32,000 nucleotides of DNA. Origin: Candidatus Saccharimonadota bacterium (GTDB lineage Bacteria > Pseudomonadota > Gammaproteobacteria > Enterobacterales > Enterobacteriaceae). The stretch spans positions 150,001 to 182,000 of the forward strand of contig NZ_LT667503.1 in the NCBI RefSeq assembly GCF_900128735.1, written 5' to 3'. Positions within the stretch are counted from its first letter, which is position 1. Each line of letters opens with the position of its first letter. A model generated the notes under the pieces. It worked only from the letters and a program-made list of their open reading frames with translations. It was not told the origin of the DNA and ran no database searches. Of the stretch, positions 8,535-18,380 are shown piece by piece. A program made the translations under genes and the position numbers.

Positions 8535-11138
8535 ATGTTAAAAAAATTAATTGGAAATTTTTTTTTAAATTATAGTAATCGTATTTTAAAAAAAATAAAT
8601 TTTTTTGTTAAAAAAATCAATTCTTTAGAAAAAAATCTTTTAAATTTATCAGATTTAGAATTAAAAAAAAAAACAACAATATTTAGAACTCGTTTAAAAA
8701 ATGGAGAAACATTAGATCAATTATTACCAGAAGCATTTTCTGTAGTACGAGAGGCAAGTAAACGAGTTTTTGGTATGCGTCATTTTGATGTCCAATTATT
8801 AGGAGGTGTTGTATTACATCAACAAGCTATTGCAGAAATGCGCACTGGTGAAGGAAAAACGTTAACTTCAACTTTACCTGTTTATTTAAATGCATTAGCA
8901 GGAAAGGGTGTTCATATTGTTACCATGAATGATTATTTAGCAAAAAGAGATGCTGAAAGAAATCGTTTATTGTTTAATTTTTTAGGTTTAACTGTTGGGG
9001 TTAATATTAGTAATATGTCGTTAGAGGAAAAAAAAATTGCGTACGCTTCTGATATTACATATGGCACTAATCATGAATATGGTTTTGATTATTTACGTGA
9101 TAATATGGTTTTTTGTAATACAAAAAAAGTTCAAAGAGAATTATATTTTGCATTAGTTGATGAAGTAGATTCTATTTTAATAGATGAAGCAAGAACTCCA
9201 TTGATTATTTCCGGACCCATTGAGCATAATAGTAGTATATATATTCATATTAATCAGTTAATATCCAAATTAAATTTGCAAATTACAGATCCTCTTCAAA
9301 AAAATAATATATCTGGAGATTTTTTTATTGATCGTAAATCGCGTCAGGTTTATTTAACTGAATTAGGAATGGATACTATAGAAAAATTATTAGTGACATA
9401 TAAGCTCTTAATGCCGCAGGAATCATTATATTTACCTAAAAATATTTTTTTTATTCATCATATTTTATTGGCTTTAAAAGCGCATTATGTATTTTTTAAT
9501 AATATTGATTATATTATAAAAAATAATAATGTTCTGATTGTTGATGAACACACAGGTAGAATTATGCCAGGTCGTCGTTGGTCAGAGGGTTTACATCAAG
9601 CAATTGAAGCAAAAGAAAATGTTGCAATACATAATGAAAATCAAACATTAGCTTCTATTACATTACAAAATTATTTTCGTTTATATAAAAAATTATCTGG
9701 TATGACAGGTACTGCCGTTACTGAGGAATTTGAATTTCGTTCAATATATAATTTAGAAACTGTTGTTATTCCTACCAATAAACCTATGATAAGAAATGAC
9801 ATGTCCGACATAATTTATCTTTCTTGTCAAGAAAAATATAAAGCTATAATATCTGAAATAAAAGAATGTGTTTTGCGTAAACAGCCAGTATTGATTGGAA
9901 CTGTTTCAATTGAAAAATCTGAACTTTTATCTTCTTTTTTAAAAAAAAATTTTATTAAACATAATGTATTAAATGCAAAATTTCATACTCAAGAAGCAGA
10001 TATTATTGCACAAGCGGGTCAAGTAGGAGCTGTTACTATTGCTACGAATATGGCTGGTAGAGGAACAGATATTGTTTTAGGAGGAAATTTTGATGCTTAT
10101 ATTAATAAAAAAAACAATGTTAATAAAAAAAATATATTAAATATTAAAAAACAATGGAAAAAAAATCATAAATTAGTTATTCGTAGCGGTGGTTTACATA
10201 TTATAGGAACTGAGAGACATGAATCACGTCGCATTGATAACCAGTTACGTGGACGTGGAGGACGACAAGGAGATCCAGGTTCTTCACGTTTTTATTTATC
10301 ATTGGAAGATCCTCTTCTTCAGTTATTTTCATCAGATAAAATTATTGGATTTATGAAATTATTAGGAGTTAAAAAAGAGGAAGCTATTGAACACCCATGG
10401 ATCAATAAAGCAATAGAAAATGCTCAAAGAAAAGTAGAAAATCAAAATTTTGATGTTCGTAAAAATTTGTTAGAATATGATAATGTCATCAATGAGCAAC
10501 GTCAAGTTATTTATCATGAACGTAATAAGATTATTAACGCACATAATATTCGATCTTATATTCTTTCTATATTTGAAAATCAAATCAGATGTTTTGTAAA
10601 AAAAAATATCTTGCGAAATAATCTTAATGTTATTGATTTTTATTTTTTGAAAAAACAATTAAAAAATATCTTTTTTTATAATTTATCTTATAAAAAATTT
10701 TTAAAAAATAAATTTTTATTTATTAATGAGAATAGTGAAATTATACAATATATTATTAAAATAATACAAAAAGATTATCTAAAACGTGTTTCGAAAATTT
10801 CTATAAAATATAGTTTGATTATTGAAAAAGCAATTATTTTACAAACATTAGATTGGTTTTGGAGAGAGCATTTAAATTCCTTGGATTTTTTAAGGCAAAG
10901 CATTTATCTTCGAAGTTATGCTCAAAAAGATCCAGCGCAAGAATATAAGAGGGAATCGTTTAATATGTTTTTATCTATGTTAAAATCAATTAAACATTTT
11001 TTAATAAAAAATTTATTAAATATTTTTTGTGATAATTTTGAAGATAAAAGATACATTTTAATACAATTCATAGATTCTAATGACTTAGATTCTTTACATT
11101 ATTTTATCATGAAATTTTTTAAGAAAATATTAAAGTAA
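8535..11138 (+). CDS. secA: preprotein translocase ATPase SecA (lacks C-terminal zinc-finger tail)
   Basis: 867-aa ORF. Matches include [13 protein letters not shown], Walker [95 protein letters not shown] and [15 protein letters not shown]. No CxCx8C(H/C) motif is present at the C-terminus. Confidence 0.97.
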   Translation: MLKKLIGNFFLNYSNRILKKINFFVKKINSLEKNLLNLSDLELKKKTTIFRTRLKNGETLDQLLPEAFSVVREASKRVFGMRHFDVQLLGGVVLHQQAIAEMRTGEGKTLTSTLPVYLNALAGKGVHIVTMNDYLAKRDAERNRLLFNFLGLTVGVNISNMSLEEKKIAYASDITYGTNHEYGFDYLRDNMVFCNTKKVQRELYFALVDEVDSILIDEARTPLIISGPIEHNSSIYIHINQLISKLNLQITDPLQKNNISGDFFIDRKSRQVYLTELGMDTIEKLLVTYKLLMPQESLYLPKNIFFIHHILLALKAHYVFFNNIDYIIKNNNVLIVDEHTGRIMPGRRWSEGLHQAIEAKENVAIHNENQTLASITLQNYFRLYKKLSGMTGTAVTEEFEFRSIYNLETVVIPTNKPMIRNDMSDIIYLSCQEKYKAIISEIKECVLRKQPVLIGTVSIEKSELLSSFLKKNFIKHNVLNAKFHTQEADIIAQAGQVGAVTIATNMAGRGTDIVLGGNFDAYINKKNNVNKKNILNIKKQWKKNHKLVIRSGGLHIIGTERHESRRIDNQLRGRGGRQGDPGSSRFYLSLEDPLLQLFSSDKIIGFMKLLGVKKEEAIEHPWINKAIENAQRKVENQNFDVRKNLLEYDNVINEQRQVIYHERNKIINAHNIRSYILSIFENQIRCFVKKNILRNNLNVIDFYFLKKQLKNIFFYNLSYKKFLKNKFLFINENSEIIQYIIKIIQKDYLKRVSKISIKYSLIIEKAIILQTLDWFWREHLNSLDFLRQSIYLRSYAQKDPAQEYKRESFNMFLSMLKSIKHFLIKNLLNIFCDNFEDKRYILIQFIDSNDLDSLHYFIMKFFKKILK

Positions 11139-11687
11139 TAATTTTAATAGATTTTAATATAATGTAATATTTTTTTTTAAATTCAAATATTTTCTATAAT
11201 GTAACTTTATTTTATTTAAAATCAGTAAAGTTTTAAATACTAGATGAAATTATTATAATCAATAAGTTATGATAATATAACAAATATATTCTTTAAAATC
11301 AATTGATAATTTATAATATATTTTCTGTTATTTTATTCAGAAAATTAAAATAATTTTTTTAAATGCAAAGATTTTTTTGGTATTCCAGTCAAATAAAAAT
11401 ATAAATTTTTTAATTTTTTTTTAGTTCAATTTTTTATTATAATGGAATTTTATTCATTTAAAAAAATAATTAATTTTTATATTGACTTAAATATTTTGAG
11501 TTAATTATTGAATATATTTTTATATATAAATAATTATTTATATAATTTTTTAATATATGAATATTGTTTATTAAATATTGATTGATACATTATATTGTTT
11601 GAATTTTTGATAGATTTTCTTTACTTGAGAAGTAATAATAAATTTACAGTACATAAATTAGAAAATTATTAGTAAGGATTTTAAAAG

Positions 11688-14345
11688 ATGACTCAAAAAA
11701 ATTTTAATGATATCGATCCAGTAGAGACCAACGAGTGGCTTCAAGCAATTTATTCGGTTTTACAAAATGATGGTAAAGAAAGAGCTTTGTTTTTAATAAA
11801 TAAGGTTGCAGAAAAAATAAAACCTAATTTTATTAAGACTAAAGAAGAAGATTTTGATTTTATTAATTCTATACATCATACTAAGGAACCAAAATATCCA
11901 GGAAATCTAGAAATAGAAAGTAATATTCGAGCCGCTGTACGTTGGAATGCTATAATGATGGTTTTACGAGCGTCTAGAAAAAATTTAGATTTAGGAGGTC
12001 ATATTTCATCTTTTCAGTCTTTTGCTACAGTGTATGAGGTATGTTTTAATCATTTCTTTCGGGCTTCTAATCAGAATGATGGTGGAGATTTAGTTTATTT
12101 TCAGGGTCACATTTCTCCTGGCATTTATTCTCGAGCCTTTATAGAAGGGAGATTAACAGAAGCTCAATTAGATAATTTTAGACAAGAAATTTGTGGATTT
12201 GGTTTATCTTCTTATCCTCACCCTCATTTAATGCCGGATTTTTGGCAATTTCCTACGGTTTCAATGGGACTTGGTGCCATTTGTTCAATTTATCAAGCTA
12301 AATTTTTAAAATATTTGCATCATAGAAAATTAAAAAATACTACGCTACAAACAGTATACACCTTTTTAGGTGACGGAGAAATGGATGAACCAGAATCCAA
12401 GGGAGCGGTTTTAATGGCTGCCCGAGAAAATTTAGATAACTTAATTTTTGTAATTAATTGTAATTTACAGCGTTTAGACGGACCTGTTTTTGGAAATGGT
12501 AAAATTATTAATGAGTTATCTAATTTTTTTTCTGGATGTGGCTGGTATGTTATTAAGGTAATCTGGGGTGGTGCTTGGGATATTTTATTAGATCAAGATC
12601 ATCAAGGTTTTTTAAAACGTTTAATGAATGAAACTGTAGATGGAAATTATCAAACGTTTAAATCAAAAAATGGAGCTTATATTCGGAAATATTTTTTTGA
12701 TAAGTATATAGCTACAAGTAAATTAGTAGAGCATATGACTGATCATGAAATTTGGTCTTTAAAAAGAGGCGGACACGATTCTAAAAAAATCTTTTCTGCT
12801 TTTTATAAAGCTAAAAAAATAAAAGGTAAACCGGTTGTAATATTAATACATACAGTCAAGGGGTATGGTTTAGGAGAAAAAGCAGAAAGTCAAAATATTG
12901 CTCATCAACTAAAAAACATTAATGATATTGATCTTGAATACTTTTATAATCGCTTTAAATTTAAAGTTCATAAAGATATAATTCATAACTTATCATACAT
13001 TAAATTTTCTTCTAATTCGGAAGAGTATCATTATATACATCAGCAAAGAAAGAAATTATTAGGATATTTACCTTTTCGATTAAAAAAATTTACTGATCCA
13101 CTACAATTACCACGATTAGATGATTTTAACATTTTATTAAAAAAGCAATTAAAACCTATTTCTACTACTATGGTTTTTATAAAAATATTAAATATCTTAT
13201 TAAGATTACCTGGTATAAATAAAAAAATAGTACCTATTGTTGCGGATGAAGCTCGTACTTTTGGTATGGAGGCTTTATTTCGAAAAATTGGTATTTACAA
13301 TCATTTAGGTCAATTATATACTCCATCAGATAATGAAAAATTATTATATTATAAAGAGGAAAAATCTGGACAAATATTACAAGAAGGAATTAATGAATCG
13401 GGAGCTTGTGCTTCGTGGTTAGCGGCTGCAACCTCTTATAGTACAAATAATTTTCCTATGATCCCTTTTTATATTTATTATTCAATGTTTGGATTTCAAA
13501 GAGTAGGTGACTTATTATGGGCATGTGGAGATCAAAATGCGCGTGGTTTTTTAATTGGAGCTACTTCTGGTAGAACAACATTAAACGGGGAGGGTTTACA
13601 ACATTCGGATGGACACAGTCATATATTTTCTTTAACAATACCAAATTGTATTTCTTATGATCCAACGTATAGTTATGAATTAGCTGTAATAATACAAGAT
13701 GGATTAAAACGTATGTATGGTATCAAACAAGAAAATATATTTTATTATATTACAACATTAAATGAAACATATTTAATGCCTTCCATTTCAAATACTATGT
13801 TAAAAGGCATTTGTAAAGGTATATACTTATTGGAAACTTTTTCGGGAAGTAAAGGAAAAGTTCAGTTATTGGGTTCTGGAGCTATTTTAGAGTGCATTAG
13901 AAAAGCAGCAAATATTCTATTATCAGAATATGATATTGGTTCTGATATTTATAGTGTCACATCATTTACAGAGTTAGCGCGTGATGGTCAGGATTGTGTA
14001 AGATGGAATTTTTTAAATCCATTAAAGAATAAAAAAATTCCTTATGTTACTTCTATTTTAAAGAATTATCCAACTATTGTTGCTACAGATTATATTAAAA
14101 TTTTTTCTGAACAAATTCGAGCTTATATACCATCTAAAATTTTTCATGTTTTAGGTACAGATGGTTTTGGTAAGTCCGATAGCAGAAAAAATCTTCGTAA
14201 TTTTTTTGAAATTGATGAATTTTATATAGTAAGCGCGGCAATTAATGCTTTAGTAGATAGCGGGATTATTGCGCGTAATATCTTGTTAAAAACTTTTAAA
14301 AAATTTAATATTATTTCAAAAAAAACAAATCCACGTTTAGGTTGA
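11688..14345 (+). CDS. aceE: pyruvate dehydrogenase E1 component
   Basis: 885-aa ORF, close to the E. coli AceE length. DPVETNEWLQAI is present, along with the ThDP-binding GDGEMDEPES...NCNLQRLDGPV, HTVKGYG, GEGLQHSDGHS and GTDGFGKSD. AAGGA SD lies about 10 nt upstream. It is followed by aceF and lpdA. Confidence 0.97.
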   Translation: MTQKNFNDIDPVETNEWLQAIYSVLQNDGKERALFLINKVAEKIKPNFIKTKEEDFDFINSIHHTKEPKYPGNLEIESNIRAAVRWNAIMMVLRASRKNLDLGGHISSFQSFATVYEVCFNHFFRASNQNDGGDLVYFQGHISPGIYSRAFIEGRLTEAQLDNFRQEICGFGLSSYPHPHLMPDFWQFPTVSMGLGAICSIYQAKFLKYLHHRKLKNTTLQTVYTFLGDGEMDEPESKGAVLMAARENLDNLIFVINCNLQRLDGPVFGNGKIINELSNFFSGCGWYVIKVIWGGAWDILLDQDHQGFLKRLMNETVDGNYQTFKSKNGAYIRKYFFDKYIATSKLVEHMTDHEIWSLKRGGHDSKKIFSAFYKAKKIKGKPVVILIHTVKGYGLGEKAESQNIAHQLKNINDIDLEYFYNRFKFKVHKDIIHNLSYIKFSSNSEEYHYIHQQRKKLLGYLPFRLKKFTDPLQLPRLDDFNILLKKQLKPISTTMVFIKILNILLRLPGINKKIVPIVADEARTFGMEALFRKIGIYNHLGQLYTPSDNEKLLYYKEEKSGQILQEGINESGACASWLAAATSYSTNNFPMIPFYIYYSMFGFQRVGDLLWACGDQNARGFLIGATSGRTTLNGEGLQHSDGHSHIFSLTIPNCISYDPTYSYELAVIIQDGLKRMYGIKQENIFYYITTLNETYLMPSISNTMLKGICKGIYLLETFSGSKGKVQLLGSGAILECIRKAANILLSEYDIGSDIYSVTSFTELARDGQDCVRWNFLNPLKNKKIPYVTSILKNYPTIVATDYIKIFSEQIRAYIPSKIFHVLGTDGFGKSDSRKNLRNFFEIDEFYIVSAAINALVDSGIIARNILLKTFKKFNIISKKTNPRLG

Positions 14346-14356
14346 GAGGTGAAAAA

Positions 14357-15616
14357 GTGGATATAGAAATTTTAACTCCTGATATCGGAATAGAAAAAGT
14401 GGAAGTAACTGAAATATTGGTACAGGAAGGAATAAAAGTCAACAAAGAAGATGGTATCGTTTCAGTAGAAAGTAAAAAATCCGTTCTTGAAATACCATCG
14501 CCATACTCTGGTATTGTGAAAAAAATTTATGTTCAAGTAGGTGATATTTTAATGTTGAATACATTAATTATGACGCTTACCTCTAGTCAAGATATGCCAA
14601 ATAAAACAGTATTAATTAAACCAAATATTTTTAAAAAAAATTCAGAAAATTTTTTAAAAAATATTAATGAAAAAAACTATAGTCAAAAAAATTTAGATTA
14701 CGTTCAAAAAATAGAAAAAATTTATGCTTCTCCTAATGTTCGTCGAGCATCAAAGTTATTGAAAATTAATTTGTTAAATATTACTGGAAGTGGCCGAAAA
14801 GGTCGAATTATTATTGATGATCTTTATGCATATCAGAAAAAAAATATTAAACAGAATGTTTTGAATCTTGAAAAAGAATCTATTTTTTTAACAGAATCTA
14901 AAAAAAAATGTAACGAGATTAATTTTCTTGAAATTAATCAAATACAACAAGAAACTGGAAAAAATTTATTGAATACTTGGAACAGCGTTCCACATGTAAC
15001 TCAATTTAATGAAGCAGATATTACAAATTTAGATAAATTCAGAAAAGATTATAATGAAAGATCTCTTCAAAAAAATAATCAATATAAAAATTTATCAATT
15101 TTTCCTTTTATAATTAAATGTGTTGAAAACAGTTTATATAATTTTCCAAAATTTAATAGTTTTTTAAGTTCGTGTGGAAAAAAAATAATACTGAAAAAAA
15201 ATATTAATATCGGTATTGCTGTAGATACAGATTATGGTTTATTGGTTCCAGTATTAAAAAATTTACATGATAAATCAATATCATGTATTGCGCTAGAGTT
15301 AAATGATTTAGTATTAAAAGCTAAAAATAATCAATTACATATATCAGACATGCAAGAGGGTAGTTTTACTATCTCTAATTTAGGAAGTTTTGGAGGTACT
15401 GGTTTTACACCAATTATTAATGTTCCAGAAGTATGTATTTTAGGTGTTTCTAAAGCGATAATTAAACCGGTTTGGAAACAAAAGAAATTTCTTCCTCGTT
15501 TAGTCCTTCCTTTTTCTATTTCTTATGATCATAGAGTAATCAACGGTGCAGATGCAGTGCGTTTTACGACTTTTATCGTTAATCTTTTAGAAGATATAAG
15601 AAATCTAATTATATAA
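14357..15616 (+). CDS. aceF: dihydrolipoamide acetyltransferase (PDH E2), single lipoyl domain
   Basis: The ORF-track start at 14342 is a TTG overlapping the aceE stop (TGA 14343-14345). The in-frame GTG at 14357 is preceded by GAGAGGTGA and gives (M)DIEILTPDIGIEKVEVTEILV, aligning with E. coli [22 protein letters not shown]. There is one lipoyl domain, an E3-binding domain (YASPNVRRASKLLKINLLNITGSGRKGRI) and a catalytic domain with SYDHRVINGAD. Confidence 0.93.
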   Translation: MDIEILTPDIGIEKVEVTEILVQEGIKVNKEDGIVSVESKKSVLEIPSPYSGIVKKIYVQVGDILMLNTLIMTLTSSQDMPNKTVLIKPNIFKKNSENFLKNINEKNYSQKNLDYVQKIEKIYASPNVRRASKLLKINLLNITGSGRKGRIIIDDLYAYQKKNIKQNVLNLEKESIFLTESKKKCNEINFLEINQIQQETGKNLLNTWNSVPHVTQFNEADITNLDKFRKDYNERSLQKNNQYKNLSIFPFIIKCVENSLYNFPKFNSFLSSCGKKIILKKNINIGIAVDTDYGLLVPVLKNLHDKSISCIALELNDLVLKAKNNQLHISDMQEGSFTISNLGSFGGTGFTPIINVPEVCILGVSKAIIKPVWKQKKFLPRLVLPFSISYDHRVINGADAVRFTTFIVNLLEDIRNLII

Positions 15617-15700
15617 GGTATCTTTTATATAAACAATATTATTTTTTATTTATGTAATATAAATAATTTTAATGTAAAATAACCATTGAGAATATAGATC

Positions 15701-17116
15701 ATGAAAAAGAATATTAGTATTGATGTAATTGTTATTGGCGGTGGTCCTTCAGGATATTCATCTGCTTTTCGTTGTTCAGATTTAGGTTTATCGACAATTA
15801 TTATAGAAAAATACGGAGTTTTAGGTGGTACATGTTTAAATGTAGGTTGTATTCCATCTAAATCTCTTTTGCATTTAGCTACGCTGATTAAAGAAACAAA
15901 ATCTTTTTTAAATTATGATATTGAACTATTTAACGTTAATAAAATTAATATGAATCATATAATGAAATGGAAAAATGATATTATTTTTTCATTGTCTAAT
16001 GGTTTAAAATATTTAGCTAAAAAAAGAAATATAGATATTATTCATGGTACAGCTCAATTTATTGATGTTAATACTATCGAAGTAGTTTGTAAGGATATAA
16101 CGTATATTATTAGTTTTAATTATGCAATTTTAGCTATTGGTTCAAAAGCCGTAAAAATACCAAATATTCCATATCAAAATCCTCGCATTTGGAGTTCTAC
16201 TGCTGCATTAAATTCTTTAAAAATTCCAAAACGCTTATTGATAATTGGGGCGGGTATCATTGGTTTAGAAATAGCTACTATATATAGCACATTAGGATCG
16301 CAAGTAGATATTATTGATAATTCTACAAAATTTTTTCCGAGTATTGATTCAGATATTAGTGATATTTTTATTAAATATACCAAAAATGATTTTAGAATAA
16401 ATATGAATAGTAGCATACATGAAATTAAAATCGTTTCTAATGGAATTTTAGTTAAAACAAAGAATAACTATGATATTAATCGGGAAATATTATATAATAA
16501 TATACTAATTGCAACAGGTAGAGTGGCTAATGTTAATGCTATTAATTTACAAGATATTGGTATTAAATTAAATAAATTTGGTTTTGTGAATGTAGATTTA
16601 CAGTTACGTACGAATATATCGAATATTTTTGCGGTAGGCGATATAGTTGGACAACCCATGTTGGCTCATAAAGGAATCTATGAAGCTCATATTGCTGCGG
16701 AAGTGATTTCTGGAAAAGAGCATTATTTTGACCCAAAAGTTATTCCATGCGTGGCATATTGTGATCCGGAAATTGCATGGACTGGCATTTTATCTCAAAA
16801 AGCAAAAGAATTAAAAATTCCTTTTCGTTGTATTTCTGTGCCATGGAATTATTCCGGAAGAGCTAAATCATCAAATTGCGAATCATTTGGTATGACAAAA
16901 CTATTAATTCATGAAGAAACAAAAAAAATAATTGGTGGCATTATTATAGGTCGGCATGCTGGAGAATTGATTTCGCAAATTAGTTTAGCTATCGAAATGG
17001 CATGTGATGTGGAAGATATTGCGTTAACTATCTACCCACATCCGACTTTATCAGAATCCATCAATATTGCCGCGCAAGCATTTAATAAAACAGCTACAGA
17101 TATCTTAAATACCTAG
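15701..17116 (+). CDS. lpdA: dihydrolipoamide dehydrogenase (E3)
   Basis: 471-aa ORF. FAD motif VIGGGPSGY, redox-active disulfide GGTCLNVGCIPSK, NAD motif IIGAGIIGLE and C-terminal PHPTLSE are present. It is the third gene of the aceEF-lpd cluster. Confidence 0.97.
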   Translation: MKKNISIDVIVIGGGPSGYSSAFRCSDLGLSTIIIEKYGVLGGTCLNVGCIPSKSLLHLATLIKETKSFLNYDIELFNVNKINMNHIMKWKNDIIFSLSNGLKYLAKKRNIDIIHGTAQFIDVNTIEVVCKDITYIISFNYAILAIGSKAVKIPNIPYQNPRIWSSTAALNSLKIPKRLLIIGAGIIGLEIATIYSTLGSQVDIIDNSTKFFPSIDSDISDIFIKYTKNDFRINMNSSIHEIKIVSNGILVKTKNNYDINREILYNNILIATGRVANVNAINLQDIGIKLNKFGFVNVDLQLRTNISNIFAVGDIVGQPMLAHKGIYEAHIAAEVISGKEHYFDPKVIPCVAYCDPEIAWTGILSQKAKELKIPFRCISVPWNYSGRAKSSNCESFGMTKLLIHEETKKIIGGIIIGRHAGELISQISLAIEMACDVEDIALTIYPHPTLSESINIAAQAFNKTATDILNT

Positions 17117-17410
17117 TTATTTTTTTTAAAAAAAATTATATAATTAAAAAATATTTTTTATAAATATTTTTATTTTTTTTATATAAAAATAATGTGATTT
17201 GTTTTACATATATATACCGTCATTAATGTTATATAAAAGTAGTATAATATATATTATTCTATAATAATATTTAAGAATATGATAAAATTAAAGATATATA
17301 TAATTACACTGTTTTTAGTATTGTATATAATAACTTTTTTTAAATTTCTTTATTTATTTTTTTCGATCTTTTTTTATAAAATATTTTTAAAAAATATTTT
17401 GAAATTTTAT

Positions 17411-17443
17411 GCAATAGCTGTATATTTTTTTTACAGCTATTGC
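17411..17443. other. perfect 12-bp stem-loop GCAATAGCTGTA-(9 nt)-TACAGCTATTGC in the lpdA/erpA convergent spacer; possible terminator or structured RNA
   Basis: Read directly: arms at 17411-17422 and 17432-17443, loop TATTTTTTT. Five of 12 pairs are G/C in a spacer that is otherwise almost pure A/T. It is followed on the + strand by A9 then T5. There is no immediately adjacent U-tract on either strand, so it is not a canonical intrinsic terminator. Confidence 0.35.
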
Positions 17444-17754
17444 AAAAAAAATTTTTATATTTTTTTATTTATGATATAAAAAATATTTTTATAAAAATAA
17501 TATAATTTATATAATTTTGATTTATAATTTTTTTGTTTTAATATTTTGTCAATAAAATTATGTGATTTATATAATAAAAATAATGAAAGTATTTTTAATA
17601 TCTTAATTAAAATAGATAATGTTGTATATAATACATTTTTTGTTAATATAAGAATTTTTATTTAAATATTGAATATAGTGGTTTTTAGATATTTTATATA
17701 TTCTTTATTTAAAAAACGTTGATTAAATATATTTCCTTAATAATTATTTATTTT

Positions 17755-18099
17755 TTAAATACTAAAAGATAAACCGCAACCACATGTTGTTTTTGCATTA
17801 GGATTGATTATTATGAATTTAGATCCTTCTAAATTTTCTATATAATCTAATTTTCCTCCTTGTAAATACTGCAAACTAATGGGGTCAATAATAATATTAA
17901 TATTTGAATTTTGAAATATGATATCGTTTTTTTGTTTTTTTTTATCTATTTTAAATCCGTATTGAAATCCACTGCATCCCCCACCAGTAATATAAATACG
18001 TAATTTATAGGTTGAATAATTTTTAGAATTTATTATTTTTTTTATTTTCTTTTTTGCTTCTTCTGTAATTAATAAAGGAACTCTTGGTAATTTATTCAT
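17755..18099 (-). CDS. erpA: iron-sulfur cluster insertion protein ErpA (A-type carrier)
   Basis: 114-aa [61 protein letters not shown] are nearly identical in pattern to E. coli ErpA ([17 protein letters not shown] ... NPNAKSTCGCGSSFSI). Confidence 0.95.
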   Translation of the reverse strand: MNKLPRVPLLITEEAKKKIKKIINSKNYSTYKLRIYITGGGCSGFQYGFKIDKKKQKNDIIFQNSNINIIIDPISLQYLQGGKLDYIENLEGSKFIIINPNAKTTCGCGLSFSI

Positions 18100-18380
18100 A
18101 TAAACTCAGTTATTAAAACGTTTCATATTATAAATTGAAATAATTTTTGATGATATAAATAATCGATCAATAGATTTTTTTATTTAATAATTTTTCTGTA
18201 ATCAAAGTTTTCCTTATATTGTATAATATTATTATTTTTTATATTAAATAAAATTTGATTTTATTTTTAATCAAAATAGATGTTGACATTTAAATAATAT
18301 TTTTTCTCACGAATATTATTACATATTTTTTTTTAAAAAAAACATTTATTTTTTTATTTTTTTTATTAAAAAAACTTCTA

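Noticed and set aside
17279-17479. A 66-aa hydrophobic ORF (MIKLKIYIITLFLVLYIITFFKF...) in the lpdA/erpA spacer that could be read as a small membrane protein.
   Set aside because: The composition is simply the translation of a T-rich A/T spacer (Phe/Ile/Leu/Tyr/Lys). It has no SD and no recognisable family, and it overlaps the 17411-17443 stem-loop. Only conservation or expression data could rescue it.
18283-18288. A perfect TTGACA -35 hexamer on the plus strand in the erpA/ftsZ spacer. Various TTGACT/TATAAT-like hexamers in other spacers, such as TTGACT in the secA/aceE spacer, were also considered.
   Set aside because: No acceptable -10 lies at 16-18 nt spacing, and no plus-strand gene lies downstream of 18288. 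In roughly 80-90% A/T spacers, promoter-like hexamers are too frequent to call without TSS data.
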